53,441 nucleotides of DNA from Coxiellaceae bacterium (GTDB lineage: Bacteria; Pseudomonadota; Gammaproteobacteria; JAJRRL01). Location of the stretch: positions 1 through 53,441 of the forward strand of contig JBIKMG010000004.1 of NCBI GenBank assembly GCA_044359385.1. The letters run 5' to 3'. Of this stretch, positions 44,670-52,922 are shown one piece after another; within the stretch, counting starts at the first letter, position 1; every line of letters begins with the position of its first letter. The position numbers and the translations under genes are program-made. The notes under the pieces are model-generated. The model worked only from the letters and a program-made list of their open reading frames with translations, had not been told where the DNA came from and searched no databases.

Positions 44670-45908
44670 ATGAGTCAGTTACCAAAGATAGAAGGCGAGC
44701 TAAGGTTTGGAGATCAAGAGAGTTGGAGTGACGCCAAAAAAGCAGGTGAGCATAATGAAGTGTTGTTTACTGAAGGTGAGGTCAGTCTTACATTAGCGAC
44801 CGGAGAAGCCTATGAAGGCCGTATGTGCTTTAAAAAGGCGACACGTCCATCTGCACTAACGGATCCTTTAAGGCAGGTAAGATTATATAGTGAGCTCAAT
44901 GAAGGTCAATTTTCTGCTTTGTATCAGGACGGTTGGGTGTCTAATTATGTGAAAGGTGAACAGCCGACAGATCGTGAAATCGCAGATTATGCTCTTCGGC
45001 TTTACCGGGATCATCGACGTATCGTATGGGATTCGCATGTGGAAGGCAATATTTTGTCAGGTCCCGATGGCTTAGTCTTAGTGGATGTTGATTATGCATT
45101 GAGGCGGGGATCAGTAGCGAGTGATGCGGTTGTTTTTGAATCACCTGTTAACTTCGAGCAACATATAAACTTAGCGGAACAACAACTCTTTAGGCATTTA
45201 CGGCGGAAAGAGTATAGAGAAAAAATAGGATCTAGTTACGATGATGAGAAAAACTATTTTTATTCTTTGGAGATGAAGCTAGGTCTTCTCTATTTAGAGA
45301 AAAATCTAGAAAGTCAACTCATAAAAAATGAATACATAGAGAAAAGTATCATTCGTGCCATGAGCATTGCCGCCTCAAAAAAAATTCTCGTTACAGTCAA
45401 AACATTAGAAGGCTTGTTGCTGCTTGAGAAGATAGGGAGGTTAAAAAAAATGGAAGAAAGCGAGGTTGTTCGCTTTTTACGTCAAGATGAGTTTCAGAAT
45501 TCCACGTCAGTATTGTCTCGCGTAGGTCTTCTTTTAAGCTTTGCCTGTAGACAAATGGTGGAGTCGTTGACTTTGTCTCGTCAACATCAAAAATCAGATA
45601 AATTAAATGAATATATAGATAATATGGCACAAGGGAGCCAAGAGCCAGTAAGCGATTCGGACTTGGTGAAGGTGTTGAATGTAGATCGAAGTGAGACATC
45701 TCGAATTGCTCGAGTAATTGCAATGATTTTAACGAATGCTTCACTCATGCTTTTATGTCTGATTGGTGTGGGTGCGGCTGTTTTTTGTTGGCAGCAAAGA
45801 AGGACGGGAAATTCCTGTTGGTTATTTAGCGAGCCCAAAACCTTAGAAAAACTTCGTATTGCGCGGACTACGGTTAGTCGAGATCTTGCTAGGCTTAAGT
45901 TGATGTAA
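44670..45908 (+). CDS. hypothetical protein with protein-kinase-like N-terminal region and C-terminal TM module
   Basis: The ATG at 44670 is preceded by GGAGGGAG. Kinase-like elements by eye: RMCFKKA (beta3 Lys), RIVWDSHVEGNIL (catalytic-loop-like D...N) and LVLVDVDYAL (DFG-like). C-terminal TM helix MILTNASLMLLCLIGVGAAVFCW. Confidence 0.45.
   Translation: MSQLPKIEGELRFGDQESWSDAKKAGEHNEVLFTEGEVSLTLATGEAYEGRMCFKKATRPSALTDPLRQVRLYSELNEGQFSALYQDGWVSNYVKGEQPTDREIADYALRLYRDHRRIVWDSHVEGNILSGPDGLVLVDVDYALRRGSVASDAVVFESPVNFEQHINLAEQQLFRHLRRKEYREKIGSSYDDEKNYFYSLEMKLGLLYLEKNLESQLIKNEYIEKSIIRAMSIAASKKILVTVKTLEGLLLLEKIGRLKKMEESEVVRFLRQDEFQNSTSVLSRVGLLLSFACRQMVESLTLSRQHQKSDKLNEYIDNMAQGSQEPVSDSDLVKVLNVDRSETSRIARVIAMILTNASLMLLCLIGVGAAVFCWQQRRTGNSCWLFSEPKTLEKLRIARTTVSRDLARLKLM
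45702..45905 (+). repeat. copy A of a diverged C-terminal membrane module (inverted relative to copy B)
   Basis: RIARVIAMILTNASLMLLCLIGVGAAVFCWQQRRTGNSCWLFSEPKTLEKLRIA... aligns without gaps to the product of 48866-49063 on the minus strand. I counted 35 identical residues in the first 60 aligned positions. Confidence 0.8.
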
Positions 45909-45939
45909 GTTGAAAGGAGCTTTAGTGAAGGAGCGTAAG

Positions 45940-47064
45940 ATGTGGGGGGATCAAGAGCTCGAGGCGCTGATTACTCACTGGGTTGCTCGTCATTTGGCAT
46001 TGGGAGATCTAAAGCAAGTGGATGCTTGGCTGCCAGGGCAGCCACCTATTCCATTTTCGTTGCATTCGACGGTTAAGGCTAGTCAAGTCCGTAGTTCGAA
46101 TGATTCTTCTAAAAATAAGCGTGCAGTGAATAAGAAAAATAAAGTTGCTACGTCTTGTCGGATAGAAATTGAGTTGCCTGAAGCAAAATTTTCGAAACAC
46201 GCAGCATGGAATGAGGATATGCATCGACGAGATCGACTGCGGTCTTTATTTTTTTTCTCGCCTGCTAAAGAGAATGTTGGGGGCGTTGAAGATTTTCAAG
46301 CCCTTTTGCTCTGTTATCAGCGATCTTTCGTGACCACTCAATCCTTGAGGAATTGGTATGAAAATGGATTTTCATGCTGGAATCAGCTATTGCATTTGGT
46401 GATGATGCATGCCAATGGTTCAGAATCGTTTGGTTTAATTGTTTATCTTTTGGGTCAAGGTGCAAGACCAGATTATCAAAAAAATGGCGTTTCCACGTTG
46501 GCTCGGTCTTATGAGGTCCTAAGTAAGGATACAAATGAATCTAATTTTCGCGTGTATTTTTTGCTAATGGCCCTCAATGATCTATTGTATGATGAAAAAA
46601 CAATTGCGCCATTTATACGGATGTTAAAAACCATGACAGGTTCAGCGGTGTGGAGCAATCAGATAATAGAGGCTACCCAGAGCATCTTGTTGAATTTTGT
46701 CCATAGAATGCCGAGTAGGCAGCAGGTTGCTAGTTCAATCGAGTTTAAAAATTTAGTTCGGATCTATAAAGAAAATCAGAAGAGTTTATGGGCGAATGAA
46801 CACCGTCGATTGCTAACAGCTGTTTTTCAAATTTTTGCTAATCGGCATTACCAGCAGGTTATCCAGGGACGTTTTCAAATCGCTGGAGAATTTCGGTTCG
46901 GTCGGGTCTTAGAGGATGAGCTTCAGGTGCGTGGAGTTTCAGCTACGAGCCTGTTTGCTTATCAAAAAGAGCTGAGTAGCTATGAGACAATGGAATTAAT
47001 GAAAAAAGATCAACTTGAATTTCAGTTGCAACTGTTATCTACTGTACAGCTCGCATCAGTTTAG
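45940..47064 (+). CDS. hypothetical helical protein (one ankyrin-like segment)
   Basis: The ATG at 45940 is preceded by AAGGAG; a GTG at 45925 is an alternative start. LLHLVMMHANGSESFGLIVYLLGQGARPD loosely resembles a single ankyrin repeat. No other domain recognised. Confidence 0.55.
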   Translation: MWGDQELEALITHWVARHLALGDLKQVDAWLPGQPPIPFSLHSTVKASQVRSSNDSSKNKRAVNKKNKVATSCRIEIELPEAKFSKHAAWNEDMHRRDRLRSLFFFSPAKENVGGVEDFQALLLCYQRSFVTTQSLRNWYENGFSCWNQLLHLVMMHANGSESFGLIVYLLGQGARPDYQKNGVSTLARSYEVLSKDTNESNFRVYFLLMALNDLLYDEKTIAPFIRMLKTMTGSAVWSNQIIEATQSILLNFVHRMPSRQQVASSIEFKNLVRIYKENQKSLWANEHRRLLTAVFQIFANRHYQQVIQGRFQIAGEFRFGRVLEDELQVRGVSATSLFAYQKELSSYETMELMKKDQLEFQLQLLSTVQLASV

Positions 47065-47153
47065 ATTTTCAGAAAATAGGTTTTGAGGACGGCGTGAACA
47101 TTGACTGGTATCGTGTTTGTCCAGACATTTTTGAGTGAAGGAGAGAGTTAAAA

Positions 47154-48599
47154 GTGAAGGAGTTTATAACATCACTATCTTCAGGAGTTGATTTAAGAAG
47201 GCAGCCATCGGATTATGAATGCGCTTATTTTTCTGGCCATGTTTACGATAAAATGGCACCAATATTGCCTGGGTGGGGTATTGTGTCTGCCTATTACCCC
47301 GAAAGGAGATGGAACTTTGGCATGGTATCTTATTATAACTTAGAAAAACGAGCTTTAGTGATTGCGTTTAGAGGAACTGAATCAGTTTTGGATTTATTAT
47401 CAGACGTAGGGATATGGCACCAGCAAGAACATCCAGGAGGTGAAGGAGCATATCAGAAAAGCAAGATACCTGTAGAGCTGCCTTTGAAATTTAGTATGGG
47501 TTCTATATTTTCTGAGCTAATGATTCAGGATCTGGCTGTTTCTAGATTTGTAGCGTTACAGTCTCTAGCAATGATAGCCGCAAGCTTGATTTCATTAGGT
47601 GCCGGATGTTTTATGTTAGCACCGATCACAAGCACCATTCTGACCTCAGCTGTTTTTGTAAAGCTCGCAACCAGCGGGAATTCGTTGGTCAAAGGATTCA
47701 ACGCTTTTGACAAATTGAAATCTTTAATAAATAAGCACCTCAACGAATTATTTGAAGAAAGAGAGAAAGAGATTGAATTCCAGAAAAAAATGGAAAATTC
47801 TATACGTGAGGCAGAAGAAATTGGGCTTGAATCCATTACATTTGTGGGACATTCAATGGGAGCGTATATCGCAGAAATGTGTTCTTGCCGAATAAAAAAA
47901 AGCTTTCCAAACACCCGAATAAAAATAACGGCAGTAACACTAGATAGCCCGGGTTGTTTAAGTACAGTAGAGGCTATGGAAGACTATCATTTGCCGGATT
48001 ACGGGCATATTCGATCTTATTTGTCAGCGCCGAATTTAGTGAATACTTGTAACTCTCATGCAGGGAATATAATTAGAGTTTACGTTCCACATACTGAGTT
48101 TGGTTGGACATATAGCCACGCCTTTTTTTCTATTGCCGCGTCACTCGGCAAGGCTGCAATCTATGCGTCGGCACCCTTGTGGTTTTATGGAGGTCCGGCT
48201 GGGCCTGTACTGGGCTCCGCATTATTAGCTAAGTTTACAGCGGGGGTTGTTCAGACGTTAACGAAAGATCGTGCGTGGCTTTATCGCCAGCATAATCACT
48301 CAAATATATTAGAATGTTTTAAGTCAAAAGATTTCCCGCCGGTTTGTACAATTATGGAGACATGGCCGTGCCTGCCTGGAATCATAAGTATGACGGCAAA
48401 ACAAATTGGCGGCTTTTTTAAAAGCATTCGGCCATTTCCAGATGATGCTCCTGGTGTTAGGACGATGTTCTATGAAAATTTTATGAACGAACTTCAGTCT
48501 CAAAGACTTCCGGATTATACATGTCACAAACATATAGGCGCATTACCTAAATGGGTTGATGTTGAAAAAGAAACGGCTACCCCAAGAAGTAAATTATAA
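47154..48599 (+). CDS. class 3 lipase-like alpha/beta hydrolase with internal hydrophobic segment
   Basis: LVIAFRGTESVLDLLSD (Lipase_3 FRGT motif) and the nucleophile elbow FVGHSMGAY. A TM-like stretch lies at about aa 125-170. GTG start after GAAGGAGAG. Confidence 0.65.
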   Translation: MKEFITSLSSGVDLRRQPSDYECAYFSGHVYDKMAPILPGWGIVSAYYPERRWNFGMVSYYNLEKRALVIAFRGTESVLDLLSDVGIWHQQEHPGGEGAYQKSKIPVELPLKFSMGSIFSELMIQDLAVSRFVALQSLAMIAASLISLGAGCFMLAPITSTILTSAVFVKLATSGNSLVKGFNAFDKLKSLINKHLNELFEEREKEIEFQKKMENSIREAEEIGLESITFVGHSMGAYIAEMCSCRIKKSFPNTRIKITAVTLDSPGCLSTVEAMEDYHLPDYGHIRSYLSAPNLVNTCNSHAGNIIRVYVPHTEFGWTYSHAFFSIAASLGKAAIYASAPLWFYGGPAGPVLGSALLAKFTAGVVQTLTKDRAWLYRQHNHSNILECFKSKDFPPVCTIMETWPCLPGIISMTAKQIGGFFKSIRPFPDDAPGVRTMFYENFMNELQSQRLPDYTCHKHIGALPKWVDVEKETATPRSKL

Positions 48600-48862
48600 T
48601 TTCATGCGAAATTTCGTGACATATGTATCGACCCTCTTTCGTTTCACTGTCTTTCCGCTGAAGAATCAATGAATGTTAGAGGTTCTAGGGCAAGAATTTC
48701 TCTAGTAGGCTTTTATAAACCGGAGTTTGGAGTTTAAAAGTGTTAATGTAAAAAGGCAGGATTTGTATGCGAAGTTGTTTTGATGTGGATTGCTTCGTCG
48801 GGCTTACAGCCCTTCTCCGGTAATTCCTCGGAAAAAATAGGACGAATGATCGGTTAATCAAG

Positions 48863-50206
48863 TCAAGCAAGATGAGCAGCTGTATGAGTAAGGGATGTCT
48901 CTGCAATATGGAACTTTTCGAGTGTATTTATTTCCGTGAAAAACCAACAACTATGTCCCGTTCTTTTCTTCTGCCAGCAAAGTAAAGCCGCACCTAACCC
49001 AATCAAAAACATGAGCACAAGCGCAGCATTCGTTAAAACCATACTAATGAGGCGAACAATGCGTTGTTTACCCAATCATAGAATGAGCTCCACTAAATAC
49101 AGTATGATTGCCTCCTATATTTTCGGATCATGAAGAGATTGGTAATCGCCTTCGGAGCTGAAGTTGGGGTCTTCAGCTGTATTGGCTAGCAACTGCGGCG
49201 GCTTTTGAGAGGCCCCCATTTTTTTAATACAGGGCAAGGAAAATAAGTTTCGTAATAACAGAGCCATTCCAGGCGTTCTCGCAAACATGGAATACAATAC
49301 AGAAGTTGAAACTTGAATAATCTTTGCAAATGTCCCTAACTGACCAAACACATCACCTGTTGGAGAGGTAGCTGCGCCTAAATTCCCTAGCGTAATCGGA
49401 AGAACTAATAAAAGCCCGATATACGTATATTTATCTGTAGGATCAAGCTGTTGTCCAAAATCATTTAATTGACCACCAAAAGTCAACTGTCTTAAACCTC
49501 GCAAAGACCAGTAAACAATGAGAGGAAGTGTTCCGATCGAACCAAGCGCAGAGGCTGTATAGCTAATCGGTATGGACGCTTCTTCAGAGATATTTAGCCA
49601 CCCATCTATTTTGTTAAATGCACTATAAATAGGGTCAGTTGTGCTTGCCATGTAGCCTAAGCTAACATAGATAACAACAATCATTCGAAAAAATTCTTTA
49701 ATATCTTTTTTACGGCATGATTCAGATAACGAAAAAAGAGTTTCTTTGGCGCGATCAGGAAACTTAATGGAAGAATCAATAGAATTGATCATTCGTAAAA
49801 AGAACAAGCTAATACCGATAGCAATAGAAATGCCATCATTAAAATCCAGGAGTTGTGCTCCAGCAATTCCTGCTGTTAGAAAAGAAGAAGCTGAAAAAGG
49901 GGCAAGAATCGAGAGTAATATTTTTTCTACGGAATTAGCTTTTAAGTCAATTGAGTTTAAAGTTTAGTACATAAACATCGTGTAAACCAAACAACTGGCT
50001 GCACTGATGGGGTAAACAACGGACTCACCGTTGACTTCAGAGATGTTGAATAATTTTTCTATGTTGCGACCACCTTCAATAGATACAGTAAAATAAAGAG
50101 TCGCATTGATAATAGCTAATATAGAAATGGCTGCCGTATAAGAAGCAGATTTTTTTGTTGGCGTAACGTTTGTATGAGGCTTAGCAGTTCGTTCATCGTG
50201 ATGCAT
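48863..50206 (-). pseudogene. polytopic membrane protein gene interrupted by three in-frame stop codons
   Basis: Track ORFs 49964-50206, 49115-49807 and 48863-49075 share one frame. Hand translation shows the only interruptions in 448 codons are TAA (49964-49966), TAG (49115-49117) and TGA (49076-49078). 49808-49963 is open and hydrophobic but has no start codon. Confidence 0.55.
48866..49063 (-). repeat. copy B of the diverged C-terminal membrane module
   Basis: RIVRLISMVLTNAALVLMFLIGLGAALLCWQKKRTGHSCWFFTEINTLEKFHIA...; see copy A at 45702-45905. Confidence 0.8.
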
Positions 50207-50222
50207 AATAGATCCTATTAGG

Positions 50223-51335
50223 TTAAGGGTTGCAGATATTCAGACGATGCAAGTCAGCTAGAGACAAAGATAGCTCTTGGCGAATGTTTCTTAATAGCTC
50301 TTCTGCGCTAAGTGAAGAAGAAATCAAGGGTGCTCCTTGCCCTGCCCACATAGACATCACCGCTGTTTCATTTTTTTTTGCTGCCTCCTTTCTGAGAGAT
50401 CCACAAAGGGTATTGGTTAGTGGATAGGCTGGAATAGGGACTTCTGTCGTTTCAAAATGTTCAATAAATGCTGTGTTGATAGCACGCGCCATTTTCCCAG
50501 AATAAGCTTTCGTTGGTGTTGTTAAGTCAACATCAAGGTCTTTTAGTCCTGTTATCTGAGACTGATACGTTGCACCGGCTCCACTTTCTTTTGTGCATAA
50601 AAAAGCAGTTCCCATTTGAACCGCTGAAGCACCTAAAGATAGTGCAGCAAGAACACCGCTTCCCGTCATAATTCCACCGGCTGCAATAATCGGGACATCA
50701 AGAGCCGACACCAGTCGAGGTACTAAAGCCATTGTGCCAACAGCAGATTGTTTACAAGCGGTTTTAAAGCTTCCTCTATGACCACCCGCTTCGTATCCTT
50801 GAGCGACTATCGCATCTATACCAGAATGCGCTAAAATTTTAGCTTCCTCTAGAGAGGTTGCAGTACCTATCAGGTAGATACCATGACGCTTAAGGCGAGA
50901 GATGGTGTCTTCCATGAGGTTGCCAAAAGTGAAGCTCACAACTTTAACGTTATGTTGAATAATCACATCAATTATTTCGTCGAAATAATCCTTGGGTTCC
51001 AATGGAATTTCAAACTCTTCCTGCATGCCCAGCCTTCTTTTGAATATATTTAAAGATTCTTGGTATTTATGTGTTGTGGCTGTGTCCTCTTTTTCACATT
51101 TATTGGGAATAAAAACATTCACAGCAAAGGGATTTTTCGTCAGTTTTTTAATTCGGGAAATTCCCTTATCTGTGTTAGCAGCATCTAAATAACCGGTTGC
51201 AAAGGACCCGAGCCCAGAGGAATTGCTCACGGCAGCTACTAGTTCGGGTGTCGTCACTCCACCGGCCATCGGGGCTTGAATGATCGCAGGAAGTTGAAGC
51301 CCCAGCGTGTTCGAAAAAATACGAGCTGCGCGCAT
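50223..51335 (-). CDS. nitronate monooxygenase family FMN oxidoreductase (NMO/2-nitropropane dioxygenase-like)
   Basis: LPAIIQAPMAGGVTTPELVAAVSNSSGLGSF and GIDAIVAQGYEAGGHRG are hallmark NMO motifs. The ATG at 51335 is preceded by AAGGAGG and overlaps the upstream stop (TAATG). Confidence 0.88.
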   Translation of the reverse strand: MRAARIFSNTLGLQLPAIIQAPMAGGVTTPELVAAVSNSSGLGSFATGYLDAANTDKGISRIKKLTKNPFAVNVFIPNKCEKEDTATTHKYQESLNIFKRRLGMQEEFEIPLEPKDYFDEIIDVIIQHNVKVVSFTFGNLMEDTISRLKRHGIYLIGTATSLEEAKILAHSGIDAIVAQGYEAGGHRGSFKTACKQSAVGTMALVPRLVSALDVPIIAAGGIMTGSGVLAALSLGASAVQMGTAFLCTKESGAGATYQSQITGLKDLDVDLTTPTKAYSGKMARAINTAFIEHFETTEVPIPAYPLTNTLCGSLRKEAAKKNETAVMSMWAGQGAPLISSSLSAEELLRNIRQELSLSLADLHRLNICNP

Positions 51336-51694
51336 TATGTCGCCTCCTTGTTCTCGAATATTTCGATACATTCGAGGATTCGCCTAGATACGGAGTAATG
51401 GCAATCGAGTGTCTCTAAAACTTGGTCTCTCATTTGCCTAGCCTTTTTTGCAAAATAGCTTTGAAGAACTGCAAAGTCGCAAACATAATATTGGGCGGTA
51501 ATTTTTGTTTCACGCAAATCATTGTCATTAAGAGGATCCATGTTTTTAACTGTGAACAACTGCAATTTAATAAATTTATTTTGTATAACCATTTTATGAA
51601 AATGATCAATTAACCATTCTTTGTTTTTTTTAAAAATAGTATTTCGCATAGTCAAATTAACTTCATACACAATCATTGGACTAGGTGGGGTCAT
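51335..51694 (-). CDS. DUF4286-like small protein
   Basis: MIVYEVNLTM...EWLIDHF...ITAQYYVCDFAVLQSYF resembles the DUF4286 pattern as I recall it (MIIYNVT...EWL...Y.iQY....l..Y). The ATG at 51694 is preceded by AGGAGA. Confidence 0.5.
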   Translation of the reverse strand: MTPPSPMIVYEVNLTMRNTIFKKNKEWLIDHFHKMVIQNKFIKLQLFTVKNMDPLNDNDLRETKITAQYYVCDFAVLQSYFAKKARQMRDQVLETLDCHYSVSRRILECIEIFENKEAT

Positions 51695-52028
51695 GCAATT
51701 CTCCTGGATGTATGTTCGTATTAATCAAGTGATGAGGAATTTCTCCCTGTATAAAGCGAGTAACGATCAACTCATCAACATCTTTTAGGGAGGAGAAAGT
51801 ATACCATAAATTATCCAGGGGAATAAAAATATGGGGTCCAAACCCACATTGGCCTAAGCAAGATGTTTTAACCGCTTTTACGCGATAATTAACGGTAAAA
51901 AGAGTGCGTTTTTTATTTAATTCAGCTTTCAGGTGGTCAAATGTTTTTTCTGAATCGTACATGGCGCAGCATTTTCCAGTTGCTTTTTTGTTGACACAAA
52001 CTAAAACATGGACAATCTCATCATTCAT
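51681..52028 (-). CDS. thioredoxin-like (2Fe-2S) ferredoxin
   Basis: VLVCVNKKATGKCCA ... SCLGQCGFGPHIFI ... WYTFSSLKDVDELI fits the Cys pattern and fold signature of thioredoxin-like [2Fe-2S] ferredoxins. Its start overlaps the upstream stop (TAATG). Confidence 0.8.
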   Translation of the reverse strand: MNDEIVHVLVCVNKKATGKCCAMYDSEKTFDHLKAELNKKRTLFTVNYRVKAVKTSCLGQCGFGPHIFIPLDNLWYTFSSLKDVDELIVTRFIQGEIPHHLINTNIHPGELHDPT

Positions 52029-52648
52029 TATAAATACCTTAATATGCCGTCATACATGCTGGCCCGCGCATCTAATAACTCAATTCCGCCAGCGATGCAT
52101 TTTGAAGCCTGAGTTTCATTGGTAATTAAATCTGCCATTTCTGAAAACCAGGCTTCACCGTGTTTTTCATCAATAATAGTAATATGTGTTTCCCAAAACT
52201 CAAGATCTTTTTTAGGTAAGCCTGTTTTGGTTAATCCATTTAAAATTTTTCGCATTTGATTGGGCATGGTTAGTTCGATAAAGCCAAAACCGCCCATGCC
52301 GTAGTGATAGTCTCCGCAAAGAAAAGCAGCATAGGTTTTTGCATTCACAAGCGATAAAGATTCTGGTTCAGGAGTGATTCTTTCCGGGAGTCTAATACTA
52401 TTAAAATTCTTAAGAAATAAAACAGGGTGAGCCATCGTGCTGTCGCCAGAACCCAGTTCATCATAAAAATTATTAGCGAGCTCTGTTCTTTTTCTCATTG
52501 GTGTGCATAAAGATAATGCAGCAATGAAAACATGAAAGAGTCGATTGTTGACGTAATAATTCTCAAGAAAGGCTTTTAAGCATTTCTTAGAGAGACCCTG
52601 TGTATTCATTTCTTCTAATAAAGGGTGGCTATTAATACGATGACTCAT
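52028..52648 (-). CDS. heme-oxygenase-like diiron enzyme (iron-containing redox enzyme family, CADD/PqqC-like fold)
   Basis: The candidate ligand pattern is visible: FYDELGSGDSTMAHP (E...H), FIELTMP (E) and ETHITIIDEKHGE (H..D/E..H). About 200 aa and predicted all-helical. Confidence 0.65.
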   Translation of the reverse strand: MSHRINSHPLLEEMNTQGLSKKCLKAFLENYYVNNRLFHVFIAALSLCTPMRKRTELANNFYDELGSGDSTMAHPVLFLKNFNSIRLPERITPEPESLSLVNAKTYAAFLCGDYHYGMGGFGFIELTMPNQMRKILNGLTKTGLPKKDLEFWETHITIIDEKHGEAWFSEMADLITNETQASKCIAGGIELLDARASMYDGILRYL

Positions 52649-52745
52649 TGATCTGTCGGCTAGTTCCTTAATTGCTTTCGCAGGATTGAAGGACTATAAA
52701 AATGAGGATCACAGATATTTTCGAAAAAAACCGTGATCGGTGCAT

Positions 52746-52922
52746 CTAAAATAAAAGACATCCGGTGATTATAAAATCGGGATCATAAGTCATTTCAAAA
52801 TCAATCAAATCATTCATGGTGTTACTTTCAGGCGTAACATCACCAATAGTAGATAGATCTGGTTTTAAGGGATGACTTTCTTTATTGTGCTCATTTGAAA
52901 ATGAGAGAGGCTTATTTATCAT
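52746..52922 (-). CDS. possible small protein/peptide (58 aa) ending in CLLF
   Basis: Below the track cut-off. The ATG at 52922 is preceded by AGGAA at a 6-nt spacing, and an in-frame TAA lies 13 codons upstream. Hand translation: MINKPLSFSNEHNKESHPLKPDLSTIGDVTPESNTMNDLIDFEMTYDPDFIITGCLLF. Confidence 0.4.
   Translation of the reverse strand: MINKPLSFSNEHNKESHPLKPDLSTIGDVTPESNTMNDLIDFEMTYDPDFIITGCLLF

Noticed and set aside
49746-49967. 73-aa plus-strand ORF spanning the first in-frame stop of the disrupted membrane-protein gene.
   Set aside because: It is antisense to a frame that is clearly coding or recently coding (448 codons with only three stops). It has no SD and a low-complexity basic product.
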